A stretch of DNA of 64,000 bases from an uncultured Clostridium sp. (GTDB taxonomy: Bacteria > Bacillota_I > Bacilli_A > RF39 > UBA660). Where the stretch lies: positions 142,550 through 206,549 of the forward strand of contig CAJJPX010000001.1 in NCBI GenBank assembly GCA_905193755.1, given 5' to 3'. The translations under genes were made by a program, and so were the position numbers. This document shows, one piece after another, positions 59,816-64,000 of the stretch (position 1 is its first letter; each line of letters opens with the position of its first letter). The notes beneath the pieces are model-generated. The model searched no databases. It was not told the origin of the DNA and saw only the letters and a program-made list of their open reading frames with translations.

Positions 59816-60619
59816 CTACATTTCAGTAGTATCTTTATGATTCTTATTTAATTTTTTAATCATATCAGTTGCATCAACGCTCTTACCTTTAATTGCTTCT
59901 AATACTTCAATTGGTATACAGAATATAATAGTATTTGATTGATCACTACTAATATCATTAATAGTTGATAATGTTCTTAAATGCATAGCCCCAGGAGTAG
60001 TAGCCATAGTCTCAGCAGCAATAGCTAAATTCTTAGATGCTTCTACTTCACCTTGTGCCTTAGTAAGAATTGCTTCTTTTTCACGTTCTGCTTCAGCAGC
60101 CTTAGCAATAACTCTTTTCATTTCTTCAGGAAGACTTACATCTTTAAGCTCGACATTTTCTACCTTTATTCCCCAAGGGTCTGTAGCTTCATCAATAATC
60201 TTACATATCTCAGTAGATATTTTTTCTCTCTCACCTAAAAGTTCATTTAAAGATACACTACCTACTACATTTCTCATAGTAGTTTGAGCAAGTTGACTAA
60301 CTGCATAATAGAAATTTTCAACTTCTAATATTGCTTTAGATGCATCAAATATCTTATAGTAAATTACTGCATTTATTCTAACTGATACATTATCTCTAGT
60401 AATAGCATCTTGTTCAGGAACATCTACAGCTTTAGTTCTTATATCAATCTTTTTATATGATTGAAATATTGGTAATACCAAATTCCAACCTGGTTCCATA
60501 ATTTTACTAAATTTTCCTTGAGTAAACTTAACTCCTCTTTCATATTGATCAATTTGAACAATACTTCTTAGTATTATAATTGCTACTATAACAACTATAA
60601 CCCAAAATAAATAATCCAT
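59816..60619 (-). CDS. SPFH/Band 7 stomatin-like (slipin/QmcA-type) protein
   Basis: N-terminal TM segment, V.QYERGV.F..GKF, TRDNV.V...AV.YY.I, and a C-terminal AEAEREKEA coiled coil. Confidence 0.9.
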   Translation of the reverse strand: MDYLFWVIVVIVAIIILRSIVQIDQYERGVKFTQGKFSKIMEPGWNLVLPIFQSYKKIDIRTKAVDVPEQDAITRDNVSVRINAVIYYKIFDASKAILEVENFYYAVSQLAQTTMRNVVGSVSLNELLGEREKISTEICKIIDEATDPWGIKVENVELKDVSLPEEMKRVIAKAAEAEREKEAILTKAQGEVEASKNLAIAAETMATTPGAMHLRTLSTINDISSDQSNTIIFCIPIEVLEAIKGKSVDATDMIKKLNKNHKDTTEM

Positions 60620-60673
60620 ACTTTCACCTCTCTTATTATCATTATATTATATTTAATACCAAAATAAAAGAAG

Positions 60674-61003
60674 TTATTCACTAACTTCCTCTGTTTTATC
60701 ACACTCAGTATTAATAGTATATTCATTACTAATAATCCCTTTAGATACAACTATACTTTTAATACATTTCTTTTCAAATTTTTCTTTATCACTTATATAT
60801 TTAGAATCTACTAATTCATCTAAATAAACTATTGTAGCATTTCCAATTGATAAAGTCATATTATTATCTTTTATATAACTATTAGCTGCACTTTTAATTT
60901 CTCTTGATATTTTATTATCTTCTAAGTTGAATCCCAATAAAAACATTACGCCACATATAAGTACAATCAAGCAACCCCAAATAATCATTATATTTTTACT
61001 CAT
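60674..61003 (-). CDS. small N-terminally anchored protein (109 aa), paralogous to the upstream 145-aa ORF
   Basis: ORF track entry. It shares the layout TM - SAA..Y...N - L...(G/K)Y(L/I) - C..(V) - C with ORF 61003-61440. Confidence 0.45.
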   Translation of the reverse strand: MSKNIMIIWGCLIVLICGVMFLLGFNLEDNKISREIKSAANSYIKDNNMTLSIGNATIVYLDELVDSKYISDKEKFEKKCIKSIVVSKGIISNEYTINTECDKTEEVSE

Positions 61004-61440
61004 TAAAAATCATTTTCACTTTCATAACCAGTTGTTTTATATCTTGAACACTTAATATATGAAACATATACTTGTTTTCCACCACTAGAATTTATTACTT
61101 TAGCATATCCACTACAAGATTTATTTTTATCATCAACTAGTTCCCCTAAGTAACCATTAGTTTGTAGTGTTGATACCCTAATTATAACAATATCTTCAGT
61201 TGTTCCTTGATAGTTTTCTTCATAATATTTTTTTGCTGCAGATACTACTTTACTTTCAAGTGGTTCATAAGAAAATACTTCACTTCCACTATTATCTGGC
61301 TTTACTAAAGGATTATTATTTTCTCCTAAAAGTCCAAGTCTATTTAGTCCAATAGTCGCAACTACTAAACAAAACAAGAATACAAGTATATAAAATAACT
61401 CTACTCTAAGTCCCCATCCATTTTTATTCATAAAATTCAC
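61003..61440 (-). CDS. small N-terminally anchored protein (145 aa)
   Basis: ORF track entry. Its stop overlaps the next start by 1 nt. Confidence 0.45.
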   Translation of the reverse strand: MNFMNKNGWGLRVELFYILVFLFCLVVATIGLNRLGLLGENNNPLVKPDNSGSEVFSYEPLESKVVSAAKKYYEENYQGTTEDIVIIRVSTLQTNGYLGELVDDKNKSCSGYAKVINSSGGKQVYVSYIKCSRYKTTGYESENDF

Positions 61441-61474
61441 CTACTTAAATTATATATCATATTTAGTATTTTTT

Positions 61475-61768
61475 CTATAATAATTCTTCTATTTTACTTT
61501 TAACTTCTAGATCTTTAATATCATTAAGTATTTCTTTAATCTTTTTATTTTTTTCTTCTATTTTTAGTATTTCCTCAAATTTAGTTAATTTACTAGTTAT
61601 CTGATTTAAATATTTTGATGCATAACTTCTACTTACTTCATATAAATCAGCTATTTCTCCAAGACTATAATCTTCAAAATAATAATATTCAAAATAGTTT
61701 CTTTCTTTTTCACTAAGTAATTCTTTATATATAAGATATAAACTAGTTATATATTCTCTTTCTATCAT
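61475..61768 (-). CDS. ylxM: YlxM/UPF0122 putative DNA-binding protein
   Basis: LY.IYKELLSEKERNYFEYYYFEDYSLGEIADLYEVSRSYASKYL. Canonical position after ftsY. Confidence 0.8.
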   Translation of the reverse strand: MIEREYITSLYLIYKELLSEKERNYFEYYYFEDYSLGEIADLYEVSRSYASKYLNQITSKLTKFEEILKIEEKNKKIKEILNDIKDLEVKSKIEELL

Positions 61769-62802
61769 TAAAACTCCTTAAATAATCCATAGATATATTT
61801 TTCTATATCAAATGGTATTAAATCAGTTTCCTTTTCACCAAGTCCAACAAATTTAACTGGAATATTTACTAGTTCCTTAATTGCAAGAACTATACCACCT
61901 TTAGCAGTACCATCAAGTTTAGTAAGAACTATACCTGTTATATTAGTTATTTCTTTAAAACTCTTTGCTTGAGTTATACCATTTTGTCCAGTAGTAGCAT
62001 CTATTACAAGTAATGTTTCAACTGGATTACCAGGTATTATCTCATTAATTACTCTATTCATCTTTTCAAGTTCTTTCATTAAGTTAGCTTTATTTTGAAG
62101 ACGCCCTGCTGTATCTACAAGTACTATATCATACTTTTCATCTTTAGCTTTCTTAAGACCATCATATATAACAGCAGAAGGATCTTTTCTATCATCTCCA
62201 TAAAAAGATACTCCAATTCTACCTGCCCACTCATTTAATTGATTTACTGCTCCAGCTCTAAAAGTATCTCCGGCAATAAGCATAATTTTCTTTCCTTCAC
62301 TCTTGAACTTATTAGCTATTTTAGCAATACTAGTAGTTTTACCAACACCATTAACACCAACAAAAAGTACTACGTTAGTTTCCCCATCTTTAATATTTAA
62401 TTTACTTGATAATATATCATTACCTACATAAATCATAAATAGTTCATCAACTATTACTTCTTTTAAATATTCAAAGTCAGTTATATTTTCACTTTTAACA
62501 CGTTTCTTTAATCTATCAACAAAATCCATAACAGTATTAACACCAATATCAGCAGTTATTAATATCTCTTCAAGTTCATCATAAAATTCATCACTTATCT
62601 TAGTATATTTAATACCTAATAATGAAAGTTTACTAACAAAGTTATCACGGCTCTTAGATAGTCCTTCAACATACTTCTCTGTCTCTTTAGCTTCTTCTAA
62701 CTCTTCACTTACTTCACTATTATCTGTTTCTTCTTCATTGATTTTTTCTTTTATTTCTTCTTGTTTACTAAAAATATTTTTAATCTTACTAAATAATCCC
62801 AT
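61768..62802 (-). CDS. ftsY: signal recognition particle receptor FtsY
   Basis: GVNGVGKTT, DTAGR, TKLDGTAKGG. Start moved to ATG 62802 (MGLFSKIK) behind AGGTGA. Confidence 0.95.
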   Translation of the reverse strand: MGLFSKIKNIFSKQEEIKEKINEEETDNSEVSEELEEAKETEKYVEGLSKSRDNFVSKLSLLGIKYTKISDEFYDELEEILITADIGVNTVMDFVDRLKKRVKSENITDFEYLKEVIVDELFMIYVGNDILSSKLNIKDGETNVVLFVGVNGVGKTTSIAKIANKFKSEGKKIMLIAGDTFRAGAVNQLNEWAGRIGVSFYGDDRKDPSAVIYDGLKKAKDEKYDIVLVDTAGRLQNKANLMKELEKMNRVINEIIPGNPVETLLVIDATTGQNGITQAKSFKEITNITGIVLTKLDGTAKGGIVLAIKELVNIPVKFVGLGEKETDLIPFDIEKYIYGLFKEF

Positions 62803-62912
62803 CTTCATCACCTAATTGCTATTATACCATATAAAAACCGGATAACTAGACAAAACTTAATTTTTTTGATATAATCTATAAATACAAATTGACTTTTCGA
62901 AGGGATGATGAA

Positions 62913-64000
62913 ATGAATAGTAAAAATAATGAGACTTTAGTCTGTGCTTTAGGTGGCTTAGGCGAAGTTGGTAAAAATATGTATGTTGTTATGCATGATG
63001 AAGAATTATTTATAATAGATTGTGGAGTTATGTTTCCAGAAGATGATTTAATGGGAATTGACTATGTACTAGCTGATTATAATGTTCTTAAGACTATGCA
63101 AAACAAAATAAAAGGTTTAATTATAACACATGGTCATGAAGATCATATTGGTGGTATACCATTCTTACTTCAAAATATTAATATACCTGTTATCTATACA
63201 CCTAATATTGCTGGTAAACTTATTAAGAATAAACTTGAAGAAAGAAATATACCATGTCCTAAAATGGTAACTGTTAATGAAGAGTTAAATATAAAGACCA
63301 AATACTTTAATATTGAATTCTTCACTACTACTCACTCTATACCAGATTCATTCGGTATGGCTATACATACACCTAATGGTACTATAGTAGAAACAGGAGA
63401 CTTCAAAATAGATTTAACTCCTATCGGACCAGTTGCAAATATGGGAAAAATGGCTGCTATCGGAAATGAAGGCGTAACACTTCTAATGAGTGACTCAACT
63501 AATGCATTAACTCCAGGTTTCTCAGCAAGTGAATCAGTAGTAGATGAAGCCTTAGGTGAAATATTCGCAGCAAACACTGAATCAAGAATAATCTTAGCTA
63601 CATTCGCAAGTAACATCTATAGACTTACTCACATCGTAGAAACTTGTAAAGAAAACAATAGAAAAATCGCAGTATTCGGTCGTAGTATGAATACAAATAT
63701 TGAAATAGCAATAGAATGTGGTTATATAAAAGATAAAGATATATTTATAACAAGTGATGAAGCTAATAAACTTCCTCCATCAAAAGTATGTTTACTTTGT
63801 ACAGGTAGTCAAGGAGAACCTTTAGCTGCTCTATCACGTATCGCAAATGGAAACGATAGAAATATAACACTTATGAAAGATGATACAGTTATATTTTCAA
63901 GTTCACCAATACCAGGTAACTCAATGTCTATTAACAGAATTATTAATAAATTATATCTAAAAGGTGCAAAAGTTTACACTAATACTAGTGAATACGATGT
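62913..64000 (+). CDS. rnj: ribonuclease J (3' end outside the window)
   Basis: My own translation: MNSKNNETLVCALGGLGEVGKNMYVV....IIDCG..FP ... ITHGHEDHIGGIP. The frame stays open to the window end. Not in the ORF track. Confidence 0.93.
   Translation, partial: MNSKNNETLVCALGGLGEVGKNMYVVMHDEELFIIDCGVMFPEDDLMGIDYVLADYNVLKTMQNKIKGLIITHGHEDHIGGIPFLLQNINIPVIYTPNIAGKLIKNKLEERNIPCPKMVTVNEELNIKTKYFNIEFFTTTHSIPDSFGMAIHTPNGTIVETGDFKIDLTPIGPVANMGKMAAIGNEGVTLLMSDSTNALTPGFSASESVVDEALGEIFAANTESRIILATFASNIYRLTHIVETCKENNRKIAVFGRSMNTNIEIAIECGYIKDKDIFITSDEANKLPPSKVCLLCTGSQGEPLAALSRIANGNDRNITLMKDDTVIFSSSPIPGNSMSINRIINKLYLKGAKVYTNTSEYD

Noticed and set aside
63332-63616. 94-aa minus-strand ORF.
   Set aside because: It lies antisense inside the clearly recognisable RNase J coding frame (plus strand, 62913 onward).

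Overview
Very AT-rich (roughly 25-30% GC by eye) chromosomal segment from a low-GC Bacillota (Firmicutes) organism. It has the gene content of an Erysipelotrichia- or Clostridia-like, wall-bearing lineage with sporulation remnants (spoVS, a SigF/G-type sigma factor, a D-Ala-D-Ala carboxypeptidase). The genetic code is standard code 11: TGA is used as a stop and Trp is TGG. Almost all genes lie on the minus strand. Recognisable core genes: rplJ-rplL-methyltransferase-rpoB-rpoC (with an L10-leader-like attenuator), cdaA-cdaR, 5-formyl-THF cyclo-ligase, spoVS, an AI-2E transporter, recD2, yfhO, tRNA-Arg(CCT), cdsA-rseP, an amino-acid ABC importer plus arcA-arcB, leuS behind a Leu (CUU) T-box, a GH31 glycosidase, truA with ecfA-ecfA'-ecfT, an FNT channel, a PBP5-type carboxypeptidase, an S41-like peptidase, two SPFH proteins, ftsY-ylxM, and a 3'-truncated RNase J. 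Two ORFs run off the window edges and are missing from the ORF track: a Zn-ribbon/TIR-domain protein (1..929, minus) and RNase J (62913..64000, plus). No CRISPR array, rRNA, transposase, integrase or prophage was seen. The canonical Firmicute operons are all present only as fragments, and unknown genes sit at the break points. Candidates for something new, none proven: (i) the TIR protein and an adjacent three-gene operon of unknowns (one with HExxH) where the str operon normally follows rpoC; (ii) a self-contained two-gene operon pairing a HerA/FtsK-type (DUF87-like) ATPase with a GH31 glycosidase; (iii) a translationally coupled exported protein - STAS - sigma factor operon that lacks the anti-sigma kinase; (iv) an SPFH / Zn-ribbon membrane cluster related to B. 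subtilis ydjGHI; (v) an ECF transporter whose two ATPases have largely degenerate catalytic motifs. All family calls come from motif recognition by eye. No database search was run.
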